Shown one piece after another: positions 38,001 through 51,185 of a stretch of DNA of 64,000 bases (position 1 is its first letter; every line of letters starts with the position of its first letter). Both the position numbers and the translations under genes were made by a program. This stretch comes from Dipteris shenzhenensis (Eukaryota). Below the pieces are notes generated by a model. It ran no database searches. It was not told the origin of the DNA and saw nothing but the letters and a program-made list of their open reading frames with translations. Location of the stretch: assembly GCA_047967505.1 (NCBI GenBank), contig CM106538.1; one strand, given 5' to 3'.

Positions 38001-39793
38001 GTGAAACGCATGTTTTTAATATGCATGTATTGATAAGTCCAATTTCATTATAAATGCAACCAACAGCATTGGTAATCCATCTAAAGGTGTTCTTATGGGC
38101 TTTGTATATACCCATAATAAATGGTAATTTAGTGGATAGAGGTGTTACAGAAAATGCTTGGAGTTCGGTTTCAATTTTCACTTCAATATTTAATTTATTT
38201 TCTAACTCGAAATCTCCATCATTAAGTCTTTCGAAGGCCGAGTCATGAGCAAATTTCCGACATACCAATGCAATGTTATAAGAAGCCTTGTCAATACCAT
38301 GCATGAAAAAATGGTCTTTGAGAGTTCTAAGATTTTCCCAAAAATATTTATCACCCCATACATCTTTCATAAATTTCTTATGGTTGGGTAACTTTCTGTA
38401 TTGGTTCCATAGACAATCATAAGAGAATTTTTTAAACAATTTTAAAGTAGCCCGTAGGGAGATGCCAAGTATGTGGCATAAATTTTTCCAGGCTTGTTCA
38501 AGTGCTTTATGAGCATCACGTATACAAGGCCTTTTAACCGGTATGTGGTTAAGTCCTTTTTTGAGCTCATGTCTTAACGGTTCGTAATCAACTATACTCA
38601 AATCACAAGTAACCACACGATTCCATTTTTTATCGATAAATTTACTAAATTTGTGGCATGAGCATTGTCACTCAGTATTATCGCAAAAAGTATCTTTTGG
38701 AGAATAAATGTACCCCAGTAGATTTTTGTGGAGTTTCCAAGTTAACAAGATTTCATCAAAGATAGTATTTTTTAGAAATAGACATCCAGTGGTCCTGATT
38801 CATGTTTATAGGAATATGACAATAATATGCTTAGTGAAAAAATCATCATACCTTTAGAATAAGAGTAACTATGTAGATGTATGGAGTATCTTTGCGCATT
38901 TACCTTTCACGTAGAAGACTCCGTTGGCCAATACGTGAAGTATCTGTGTAGCTATCAAGATTGAGCGATCATACAGAGCTTAACAAGTTAGACCGCCACT
39001 ATGAATACTTGTTCATGGTATGGCTTTATTTGGGTGTCAATCAATGTATACCTGGTTTGATTCCATTGTAGAAACTTTCCGTCAATAGTGAGTGGTCTTC
39101 AGGCCTTTAGCTATGCCGCGAGATCCTTCCTTGCCTTTGGCGTAAAATTCAATCGTTCAGCCACTTTGTTATCCTATCTCCATGCAAAGGAGAATAGCAC
39201 GATTTCTACGTGCATGGTTCAAGGTAGAGTTATGCTCAAGAAGTCTATGGGCAATATAACTACTGACTGAGATCAACGAGTGTATAGGAGCCGTGTCTCA
39301 TCCCTGGACTGAGCAATGATCATAGTCTTCTTATGGTTATAAGAGCTACGATGTCTTGTGGACGTCCATATCAGCAGCTTCTTTCCTTTACAGGGAGTCC
39401 ACACAGCTTGCCTCTCTCGCTATCAATCTTGCAAAGGGATGGACAAGAGTATTGGCAGTAGTATAGTTCAGAAGCTATCGTATGAGCAAGAAAAAGAAAC
39501 AGAAACGACCAAGCATAATGCATTAACCTTGAAGCTGCGTTTTGAATCGCAATGGTTTAAGTGGGAGGCTTTATATAGCCATCAACGTATTCAGGCCGAC
39601 CCTGTCGGTCTATATTCATGCAACGTTTCACCTTATATGTGCATTTCCATGCAACGTCCCATGGCTAAATTAAAAAACAATATCCCTTAATAGCAATTCC
39701 TCACGGATTAGCAGATGTTTGAACACAAAAGGTCATGGTCTAGCTTTTATGGTAAGTCCAGGATTTACTACTTCTAAAAAGGTACACACACAC

Positions 39794-39831
<38 letters not shown>

Positions 39832-40378
39832 CTCTCATGGGAGATACGAGCAAGACAGAGGGCTTTTTTGGATAAAGCTTGTTCGTCAAAAGAGTTTTTA
39901 AAAAGCCTCCATTACAAGAGGTAGTCTGCAAGTATTTGCCAAGTCCTTATGCCTTGTGGTTATTGGACTTCCTCTCGATCATAACTTGTTATAGTTGTGT
40001 CACTCATTTTGCTTTATATAGTTTGGGCATGCAAATCTACCTTCACCAGAAGTGCTATTTGACGCACGATGACAGCTTTTGCAGCATGTCTTTCCCATTG
40101 TTTCTTTTGCATAGGCTTTGGAGTTTGAGGACACCTTCACTGAAAGGGAATTATCTAATGCAATCAAATCTTGTGGTAGATGGAAGTTTCCAAGATGGGA
40201 TGCTCACTATTGAATTTTTTTCTTGCATATTGGAATATCCTCAAGATTCACAAAGACCAGCAGCCTAGCTTGCTACCTCTGAATTTTCTAGCCGATGGAA
40301 GAAACGATGGAGAGGCCAAAGACTATGCACAAATGCAGGACTCAGAATCCGCCGCCCCACCACCCCAACATGAAAAAT
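31620..40378 (+). repeat. Tandem segmental duplication, unit 2
   Basis: Starts aaaatggagcattaagctccc as at 22864 and ends ccccaacatgaaaaat as at 31610-31624. Confidence 0.97.
36564..38770 (-). mobile_element. Duplicate of the Penelope-like retroelement
   Basis: ORFs 36952-37581 and 37741-38616 are near-identical to 28206-28835 and 28995-29870. Confidence 0.88.
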
Positions 40379-40719
40379 CTCTACCTTGAAAATCCTTAGT
40401 GCTTTGTCAATGTCTCCAGGGAATCTATAGAGCACAGCCATAAAGAGGCTAGCTATGTACATGCCATCCAAGGTAGTGACTTGGAGATGTGGGGAAGACA
40501 TTCCACAAGAGAAAGCATTTCAAGTTATGGAAATTGAAACACAATGACCTTGTACAAGAAAGCATACAAGATTGGGATCACATTGTATCGAAGGGGGGGG
40601 GTTAGTATTGTTTGCTATGACTCTTGCCATGGTGAAAAGAGTAGTGGAGCATATAAGCAGGGGAGCATATGGGTGGATGAGAACTACATATGATCAATTG
40701 CACTTGGTAAAATTAACAA

Positions 40720-40900
40720 ATGCTGGATTCATGGAAGAAAGGGCTTGTTAAGCTTCTTCCAATGAAGCAAATATGTGAATCATTAGCTGATTGGAGACCT
40801 ATCACTCTCATGCCAGTTATTTATAAGATCATCACCAAAATGGTGGTTGATCACATAAAAGGATACATACATGATGGTCTCCATCCTCACAATATGGATT
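40720..40900 (+). pseudogene. LINE RT fragment
   Basis: WKKGLVKLLP.K......WRPITLMPVIYKIITK is a standard L1-type RT motif. Confidence 0.85.
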
Positions 40901-40989
40901 TGTTCCTCACAAGGCATATGGCAATGTTGGGGAGTGTATCTACATGTGACCCATCTCTTAATGTCTTGACCAAGTAGAAGCTCATCAAA

Positions 40990-42874
40990 TTTATAGGACA
41001 TATATTTATCCACCATTGTCCGTATGAAAGCACTCGATATAACACCCAAGATCCTTCTCTATCATTCTTTTAAATTGGCAAAACATTTGAAAGGCATCAC
41101 TTTTGGCTTTCAAGAAATAAACCCATGTCATTCGGTTGTAATCATCTATCAAAGTGATATAATATCTTGCTTCCCTAGGTGTTGCATGATCTGTGGGTCC
41201 CCAAATATTTGAGTGAACTATTTCCAAAAGGTACTTGCTCATTCTTTGGAAATGGCAATCTTGTTTGTTTGGCTAATTGACATGCATGGCATACATGGCC
41301 AAAATCTATATGGTGAAATATGGGCAACCTTCCCACCAATTCTTTGGTTTCCAGCCCTCTCACCAATTCTTTGGTTTGCATCTCCTTCAAGCATCTATAA
41401 TTAACGTGTCCAAGTCTCTTGTGCCAAAGTTCAATCTCTTGATCTTGTTTGGGGGCATTATTGGCATACATACCTTGCTGTAAATAGGGCTATCCTGTAT
41501 CAAATGTGAATAATTTTACTCTCTTTTGATCGTTGGCAACAATCTTGCCCACTTTGCCATTATGAAACTCCTCTACAAAGCATCCAAACTTATCAAAGCA
41601 CACTTGGTAGTCTTCATTAGCCATTTGGGCAATGGAAGAAAGATCTTTGGTGATTGTGGGCACATGTAAAACATCTCCTAATGTATTCTCCCTCACCATA
41701 TTTATCCCTCAAGGGAATATTGCCAATATGAGTAATCTTGTACATAGTATCATCTCCCATAGAAACAACCTCCTCACCGGGCATCTCATCCTTGTGAATG
41801 AACCACTCACCATGATGAATTCTCCACACCATATTTATCCCTCAAGGGAATATCACCAATATGAGTAATCTTGTGCATAGTATAATCTCCCATAGAAACA
41901 AACTCCCCACCGGGCATCTCATCCTTGTAAATGAACCACACACCACCATGATGAACCAACCATAACTAAAGGAATGCTCTTGCATGTTGCTCATAACATG
42001 CTCCATATTAAAGAGGTGAGTGCCATATCCATGTTCATGTGCATACTCTCTTTCACCAACATAATGATTGTAAAAATGCCCATATTTTCCACAAAAGTGG
42101 CAAGTTCCAACTTGTGGAGTATGAGTGGCCCTTCCTCTACCATAGGATGTCACTCTGCTCCTTCCTCTTGGCATGTAACCTTGTCCTCTTTGCGCAAATT
42201 TATTTCTGCCCATAGTGTTTTGAGGGGCATATGAAGCTCTTCCATGGCCTCTTGGGGGTCCACTTCATCCTACAAATTGTTTCCTGCACTCCTTGTGGAG
42301 GCTTTGAGCCCAAGCTTCACCTCTTCCATCATGCCTAATGCACCCACCTTCTCAAAATCGGCTAGAGTGCCTCACATGGAAATAGAAGTGTCCAAAGATT
42401 TGTATTGAGAGCCCACACTATTCAAAGTGATAAACAACAAATCTCATCTTTCACATTGCAATTTATGAAAGCTAAGTCTTCCATGATTTCCCTTATCTCA
42501 CCCACATAGTTCGTGATGCTTCTATTTCCTCTCCACATTCCGTGGAGTTGCTGCTTGAGCTGAATTTTCCTTGCTTCCATGCTTGTGCCATATACTTTGT
42601 GAATAATATCCCAAGCTTCTTTAGGTGTACTAGCCTTCTTGATGTGAGGGATGAGTGTATCGGAAATGCATAAAGATATCCAATGCAAAACTTTTCTGGA
42701 TTTTTCCACCCATGTTTTGTACTTCAATTTCAGCTCATTCGATGGTCCATCCCATGGCATCTCTGGGCATTCATCTTCGCTCGTAATCAATCCCCAAACA
42801 CCTTTTCCCATGAGAAAATTTTCCATTCTATAAGACCGCGCACTATAATTATCCTTAGTGAGTTTTTCACCCAC
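40990..42874 (-). mobile_element. Degenerate Ty1/copia gag-protease-integrase
   Basis: UBN2-type gag (KLTKDNY..., AWDII), knuckle CHFCGKYGH, DVLHVPTITKDLSSI, GAG-pre-integrase LWHKRLGH..CHAC, integrase LEIVHSNIWGP, YYITLIDDY, HTDNGG. A ~135-bp internal tandem duplication lies near 41690-41960. Confidence 0.92.
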
Positions 42875-44735
42875 TATTTGGGTTACTTAAGTGGTCTCAC
42901 CCATGCTTCATTGACAATACTTGCTTCCAAATGCAACTCAGCAAGTCTCCTATCAATGGTACTTTTCTCATTTTTTTGAGCACACTCACTTCAAGTGAGG
43001 TAAATGGCATCCAAATCTGAGAAATAACCCCTTTTCAAGTGCTTACAATTGCTCAAATTTTAGGAATCCAAGAGTATCAAATTTGAGCACTAAACATTCC
43101 ACTTTTGGGCATCAATTCAAGCATGTACCAATGCACTTTTTGCATTTCCCAATTCTGTAAATGGGCGTATTTTGGCATCAAATGGCCAACAAATGCCTTC
43201 CAAACTTGCTCTTGCAATGCTTTGCCAAACTGAAAATTATCCCACTCTCTTGGGCATCAAACGCATCCAATTTCGGGCATACATGCCCTCGTATGCATCT
43301 TGCAATTCAAATTTAATGGGGAAACTTTATTCCATGTGTTCTAATGCATCAACACTTCATAAACTGGGCATGTAACCTCTGGTATCAAATCTTTTCTGCC
43401 CCAAATGTGTAATTCTCTGATTTTGGCATGCAATTCTTGCAACAAATGCTATCCCAAATGGCATTTCCTTCCACCCTACTACCCACGGGTACTATGCTAA
43501 TTTTTTAAAATCAAAGAAATCACACTTTGCAGTCACACAAGAGCAATACACACTTACTTGATCTCCCAATGGAATTGCCCAACAACTTTAACAAGCAAAT
43601 TTAAATATGCTTCTATGCATCAAACATCCTTCTCTAACCCCAATTGCAAATGAGGCAATTGTCCTTTCTGCCCACTTGAAGCCTCAACACTCTTGTATGA
43701 ACCAAAACACCTTGATGTAAGGGTGAAGGAGGGGATATATGTCCAAAGGTTCAGGATCTATTTACGCCCACTTTTTTTCTTTCTTATCCAAAGTCTTTAA
43801 GGGACCCTAAGAAATTTTGCTGTAAAACATTTTCTAAAAATACACAAATTTGAGCTCGATTCAGTTTGCCTTCAACATCTCAACATGCTTGCTCCTTGTG
43901 AGGCACATCTTGGATATTGGGCTTGTATCTATACACTCATGGGTTCCAAGAATTTGGAAGCAATCGAAGTGGAGGATGGGACAAAACCCTCAAATACAGC
44001 TTGCACTCCACTGCAAGCACATTGTAGATGACCTTTGTGAAGCCTCCAGCCGTGCCTCCAACTAAGTCTTCGCTGCCAATTCTACTCTCCATTCCTATAT
44101 CCATATCGGATGTGTGTGATCTCTTATCAAGGTGTTGTCCTAGTAAAGGTGTCAGACTCCACAATGTATTATTCTATTTCAATTGAATCACTTCCTCGAA
44201 CATAGTGGGTTGTACGATCATATATTACAATTGAGAGTTTCTTCCCTGTAGGATACACAGAAAGGTTATAGAGATCTTTGGAGGTAGCCTCAAAACATGC
44301 CAGCCATGTGAATCTCTATCTTGGAGTAACATGAACTCAAAATAGATATATTCTTTGCTTGTCCATGTCTATCTTATTCACACGTCTACAAATCCATCCT
44401 TGAGGCCTTACTACACTTTTGCTATGCCTTCATACTACAATACTATTAGTTATCTCAAGCATTACCTGTGATGTCGAGAAACAACCCCGACTTTAAGGCT
44501 TCGTCCCTGTTGCAAAGATTTCAGCAACAATGAATACCCCCATGATCACATGCAACTCCAGATACAAGCAAAGTCCTCCCTACAGCTTCGGGAACCCAAG
44601 ATACTATTGCAACATCATTTTTGCATTCCTCTTATTTGTGGGACTGTAAACACCTTTCTTGAAGTGGGTAGCAGCTTCTGCCTCCAAGCTACAACAACAG
44701 TACATCTTCTTTCAAGGCTCGTTGCCCTTCAGATG

Positions 44736-45318
44736 GCTCTGATACCACATTGAAGATGGAAGGTAGAACCTAGTAAATTTCATGAACCTCTTTCATCTAT
44801 TACGGGGGGAGTTAAGAGATTACACCTCCAATACACTTTTTTATCTTCACATGCAAGAGACTCCTAAAGTCTCTTCACACTTGTACTTTAAAGAAACCAC
44901 CTCATCATCTACATATCCACATACATACATGTACTCTCATCCATACATCTATGCATCTACATCAAGAGGCATCTTTCAATAGCCACTCAATCACAGCAAA
45001 GCTACTTTGAGAAACTACTAGTTAGGCAGGTAGCATTGTGGGATGAAAAGAAATTCTCTCCTCTCGTTGAGGCATGTGTAAATTCAGAATTCAAAATTAT
45101 ATTATTAAATCTGATTTTTAGGGAATGATAAGAAGATGCTTAAGCGTCAAAATGTCTCCTCTGTGGTTCAAAATGTCTCCTGAGTCCTCTATACATGTCT
45201 TGCATTTCATCTCGCTCTAGCTAGTCTCCATCCATCTCCATCTTGATTTGGACTTCTATAGATCTTGGATTCAAACTCGTAGAGAAATCGTAGGAGTAAA
45301 GGAAATTCCCTTCCAACA
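44736..45318 (-). mobile_element. 5' LTR (44751-45318) plus tRNA-iMet PBS (44736-44747)
   Basis: Minus strand TGTTGGAA...CCATCTTCA, then ATG and TGGTATCAGAGC. Whether it belongs to the copia at 41-43 kb is unclear. Confidence 0.7.
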
Positions 45319-45894
45319 ATTACGAGTGGCTACTAAAAATCCTCCATCTGCCTAAACACTGTAATGAGAAGACCTTTATTTGTATTCTAGGTTTGACAGA
45401 GGCATCATAATCTATCACATTGTAATTTTCAGGAGACAGACATGGCATGAGAAGGCATTTATTCGTATTCTAGGTTCGACAAAGGCATGATAATATATCG
45501 CATCGTTTGTGCTTTTCTATTCATATGAATTCTTAGACAGTAATTTGATAGGAGGCTCACATCTTTGCATGGTTGTGTTCTTTTACAATGGTCTAGAATC
45601 TGTGTTCCTTGTGCAACAATTCAATATAGATGTGCTCTCTTGTTGTGATATATTTGTGCCCTCGCTCACCTCCTACCCTACTCCTGTCCTCTCTGGGTTC
45701 CCTCTCTCTAGCGTGCCACCTTTACTCTACTGCTTAGGCCTCTACTCTGCCTCAAGTTTTTATAGTTGGGACGAAGGATTCTAGACACCATTGTGAGAGG
45801 TGGTGGAAGATTTTGTCTTCCTGGTGAGAGGCAACGCAAGACAAGCCCCAACGAAAGATTCTAGTGTCTACTATGAGAGGCATTGGAAGATTAT

Positions 45895-46800
45895 GGTAGG
45901 TGCACGAGTCTGGATGATGCAAGGTCTGTTTTTACAGAGATGCTATAGCAAGATGTGGGTCCATAGAAAAGAGGCTTTGCAACCGTTGGGGAAAATGTAG
46001 GTCAAAAGCTTCTAGCTATACAAGATCATCTTCATTTGTGATGTGGATGCATCTGTGAGTGTGGTAGCCCTAGAACAGATTCCAATGATTCAAGCCTCTA
46101 TTGTTGATTCAGATATTACTATGAGAAATGCACTTATCAATGTGTATGACAAGTGTGGGAGCCTTAGACGATGTAAGGGCAGTGTTTGTAGAAATACTAC
46201 ATCAAAATGAGGTTTCTTGAAATGCTATTATTAGTGCATCCCTAGTGCATATACTCCTCTCATGCATGATGAATGAATGGACTATAGGGATATGAGCTAT
46301 AGTGTATGGCAAGTGTAATAGCCTTAGACACTGCAAGGCAGCAGGATGTGGGTCCATAGAAAAGAGGCTTTGCAACTGTTGGGGAAAATGCAGGTCAAAA
46401 GCTTCGAGCTATACAAGATCATCCTCATTTGTGATGTGGATGCATCTGTGAGTGTGGCAGCCCTAGAACAGATTCCAATGATTCAAGCCTCTATTGTTGA
46501 GTCAGATATTACTATCAAAAATGCCCTTATCAATGTGTACGACAAGTGTGGGAGCCTTAGATGATGTAAGGGCAGTGTTTGTAGAAATACTACATCAAAA
46601 TGAGGTTTCTTGAAATGCCATTATCAGTGCATCCCTAGTGCATATACTCCTCTCATGCATGACGAATGAATGAACTATAGGGATACGAGCTGTAGTGTAT
46701 GGCAAGTGTGATAGCCTTAGATGATGTAAGGGCAGTGTTTGTAGAAAAACTACATCAAAATGTGGGTTCTTGAAATGCCATTATCAGTGCATCCCTAGTG
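45895..46800 (+). pseudogene. PLS-type PPR pseudogene fragments, tandemly duplicated
   Basis: KEALQLLGKMQ and ESDITIKNALINVYDKCGSL. A ~390-bp unit is repeated at about 45950 and 46345, with another piece at 47675-47810. Confidence 0.75.
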
Positions 46801-47809
46801 TATATACTCCTCTCATGCATGATGAGTGAATGGACTATAGGGATATGAGCTTTAGTGCTAAGTTTTACATATCTTGAGTGAATGGACTATATGGATACAA
46901 TCTTTAGTGCAAGTTTTACATAACTTGAGTCCACTATCATCTAATCTAAGCACCTTATCAATGTATTGCTGCCAATGAGCACTTAACTTTTTTCGATTGG
47001 TCTGGCAACCCTTTTTACTCCCAGCGACCTATGAAATGATGCTATAGAATGGCCACTGCCCACCAGTTCTGTGCCTGTAAATAACCCATTCTAGCCACTT
47101 TGTGTGCCACATGCTGAGTCTCTCTTTGTCCATACATTGGCCCTCCTCAACTGTACTATGCTGGTAGACCACATGGGCTGATCTTCCTCACCTCCTCTCT
47201 AGATCTTCCCAACCTCCCCGTTGGATCATGTTCGTAGTGCTGCTACAAACAGCCCATGTGACTGCTCATGTGTCAACCCTTGATGCAGTACGAGGATCAT
47301 TAGTGGTTGTTTGTAAGAAGTGGTGTCTACAATACTTGTGTCATGAAAGGGACATTTGATGGACCTGTCATCTCTATAGTAGACTAGATGGGCCTATGCT
47401 CTAAAAATTTATCCTAAATTTTGCATTTGTGTATATATTTGAATGTTAGAATATCACAGTGGTATCTCCAAATGAGGATCATTAATGGAGGTCGTTTGCA
47501 AGAAGTGGCTGTTTGTAGGAAGTGGTATCTATAATACTTGTGCCATGAAAGGGACATCTGATGGACCTCTCATCTCCATAGTAAACTAGTTGGGCCTATG
47601 CTCTAAAATTTTATCCTAAATTCTACATCTGTGTATATATTTGAATGTTAGAATATCACAGTAGCATCTCCACATATGGGTCTGGACGATGCAAGGTCTG
47701 TTTTTACAAAGATGCTACAGTAGGATGTGGGTCCATAGAAAAGAGGCTTTGCAACCGTTGGGGAAAATGCAGGTCAAAAGCTTTGAGCTATACAAGATCA
47801 TCTTCATTT

Positions 47810-50410
47810 GTCCATGTATCCTGCCATGCAGACCACGAGACTTCATTTTGAACTATGATCTTGTCAAATGCTTTATGTGGTTCTACAAGCAAGCCACATT
47901 TGGCATTCATATCCACCAAGGTGCTTCCAACAACTATCTGTTTTTCCATCCCATTTCTAGAAATCTCAGTGTGTATTTCTTGGCCCTTGTCCATGGCACC
48001 TATGCTACCACATGCTTTCAAGATGCAACAAAAGGTGATTGCATCTAGAGAGAGACCCTTTGATTGCACATGTTTGAAGGTTTCCTCACTAAGCGCATGC
48101 TTGGCATATCCTACAATCAATGCATTCCATGAGACTACGTCTTGTCAAATGCTTCATGTGCTTCTCTAAGCAAGCCATATGTATACTCCCACACTTACCA
48201 TACATATTTATAAGGGCAGTCCGCACCAGCATATCTTGCCCAAATCCAACATCCATAATAGCAGCTTGGATCTTCTACCCCTCATCTAGGCCTATCATAT
48301 TGGCACATGCATCAGTAGCAGTAGAGACAGAGGTTATGTTGGCTAGCTTAAGGGTCTTACACTAGATTTCATTGAGCAGCTCAAGGTCTGCTTTGAAATG
48401 ACCATTCCAGGTCCATGATACAATGTCTGATGATGCATACTTCTAAACACCCACCCTGCATCAGACAGAGTGCCACATTTGCCATATATGTGGATAAAGG
48501 TACTCCCAACCATCCATTGAACTTATGCCCAGTATCAATCATGGCACAATGAACTTACTACCCCCTTGAAGGGCTGTTAGGCTAGTGCAAGCATCAAGGG
48601 TGCAAGAAAGGTGATATTGTTTGGCTCAACACATGTAAGCCGCATCAAGTGCAAGGTATACAGATCTTCCTGGCAATGTCTATTCTGAATAAATGTTGTA
48701 ATCAGGGCATTCCAAGATACAGTATCCCTAGAAGGCATAGTGTCAAACACAAGTTTTGCGTCACATACACTCCCTCACTTTCCATACATATTGACCAATG
48801 CAATTGCAACAACAACCTCATACTCATGGCTGCTACCAACAATGGCAGCATGAATCAATTTTCCCTTCTCAAGTGCTGACAAGCTTGCACATACATCCAG
48901 AGCACAAGCTTTGCAATACATATCCAACAATGTGTTACCATCAAGTATATCTCTTTCAAACCCCTTTCTAGCAATCTCAACATGTATTTCTCGTCCCTTG
49001 TCTATGGATGCTATGCAATAGTGGCATGGATCAGTGCCTCTACTAAGGCTACCACAGCAGCAAATGCATCCATAATGCAGATGAAGGTTATTTTGTATAT
49101 CTTAGAACCCTTGACCAAGATAATTTGTATGGATTCCTTGCCATGCCTATTCTGAGCACAGGCAATGTGATCATAGAATTCTAGGAGACCACATCCCATT
49201 GTGACATCTCTGTAAAACACTACCCTTGCATCATCTAGGCTCCTACTCTTGCCATACATATTGATGAGGGTAGACCAAATGACATCACTTTCCCATCCAT
49301 AGCTTGTAACAATAGCATGGATCATACTTCACTCTTGAATGTCTAGGCTAGTATTATGGATGTCGTGGACGTCCGTTCTCTCTTCTAGCACATTGGCATG
49401 CAGACCATTTCTTTTGGAAGGTCTTGAACAATCTGTGAAATCCCCTCTCGAGCTACACCCTTCATGCCACCTTATGTAAAGGGCCATCCTCCTCTTGCGT
49501 TGTCAAGAATGGAGTACCAATGGAGTTTAGGGGATGATGTTGAACTCAGGAGCACCCTACATTACATTCAAAGTCCTATTCTGCATGAAATAGATTTGAA
49601 ATTAGCATGAGGAAAGAAGGGACTTCCGGATTGGTCATACATTACCTACCCTACTTTATCTAACTAATGTGTTAGATAGCTTGTACATCCTTGTCCCACT
49701 AAGCTCTAGAGAGGATCTTATCTGATTCTCTTCATGCATGTCAGTCACACTTTTCCATGCACTTTTATCATCTCTTTGACCTCCATTCATTAGTTTTATC
49801 ATCACCTTCTACTTCTACTCAACTTTCACCCAAAGCTACCCTGCCATTCATCCCCTATGATTTGCTTCCATAAGATTTGAGAGTAGCTTGTCTCCACCTA
49901 CTACTCGTAAAATCATTCATTGGATACAACTCCAAAACAAAATTAGTAGTACACAAAGCCCAATCTGCATCACCATGAATTTTGCATGAGAAAGCAAACT
50001 CAATAATGTTAAAGGGGCATGTTTGGGTTAAAGCCTCAAGCATGAATTTTAATAAATAGTTACAATCCCTCCTTGCCATGCCCATGCTAGGCACATGCAG
50101 TGATAATTGCATTCCAAGATGTGCCATCTTATTGTAACTGCTATGTAAGTACTACCTTGACATTCACAACAAAGACATGGGTGACCTTATCTGATTGAAA
50201 ACCTTCAATCTCCATTTGAGCAAATAGTTGCAAGGCCTCCTTGCCATGTCCATTCTGAGCACATGCACAGATGAATCATTAGAGATCTTTTAGTGCTGCC
50301 ACACTAGCAGATGCACCCACACCACAAATGAAAGTGATCTTTTGTAGTTGGAAGCTTTTAACCTACATTTGGCCAAATAGTTGTAGGGCCTCTTTGCCAT
50401 GCCCATTTTG
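47810..50410 (-). pseudogene. PLS-type PPR pseudogene fragments, with a possible E-domain remnant near 49860-50000
   Basis: DAITFCCILKACGSIGAMDKGQEIH..IVVGSTLVDM.AKCG, IWSTLINMYGKSRSLDDARVVF, SCKIHGD. Confidence 0.85.
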
Positions 50411-50729
50411 CAGTCCTTGAGTTGGGCTTGATCCATGCTCATTTGCCCATGTGACATGCATACCTCATGCCCACAGGGCTGTCTCTCATGCTCCCAATCC
50501 TATGTAGGTACCATGGCCCAATGCTCTCCTCATATTGGGAGCTTATAGTCAAGACTATGAATCCCTCTACTCCAATAGGAATTTTGTAAAGCTAACCTCT
50601 TTGCAAATTTCCAACATAATTGTAGATATTAGAAACTACACTAGATGTTTCCTTGTATATAGAAACTAGGCTAATGCTTGCTTTCATAGCTTTTCCCTCT
50701 TCATGCAGTACGAGGATCATTAATGGAAC

Positions 50730-51183
50730 TCAACGCACCATATAGCTCAATGCGCATATACCTAAAATAACGACCACCCAAGATGTTGATATGGCATGTT
50801 AGCCATTTTCACACTAATACCTAAATGAAAATTGCTATATACTAAATGCAAAGTTCCATATCCCAAACTCAAATTGCTACATGCTATATGCAAAATACTA
50901 TGTGCAAAATACAAAATCATACATTCCTAAATGCAAAGTACCATGTGCAAAATGCAAAGTGCTATGTTCTATATCCCAAACTCACTAAGTGCAAAATGCA
51001 AAATACTAAGTGCAAGATGCAAAATGATATGAACCCAAGGAAGGGCACATTCCTTGGTCTTATAATTTTTGGAGAGGAAATGAGTCGACTCTCCCCCCAC
51101 ACGAATGTGTGGTTAAGTTTATTAATTTATGTGTTCGATAAAAAGTGCTATGTGCTAAATGCAAAAATGCTAGTTGCTCAATG
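50730..51183 (+). mobile_element. Isolated 5' fragment of the Helitron-like element 2 family
   Basis: Aligns to 53316-53850 from the shared start TCAAC(A/G)CACCATATAGCT and contains one multi-hairpin unit (51027-51112). Confidence 0.8.
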
Positions 51184-51185
51184 CT

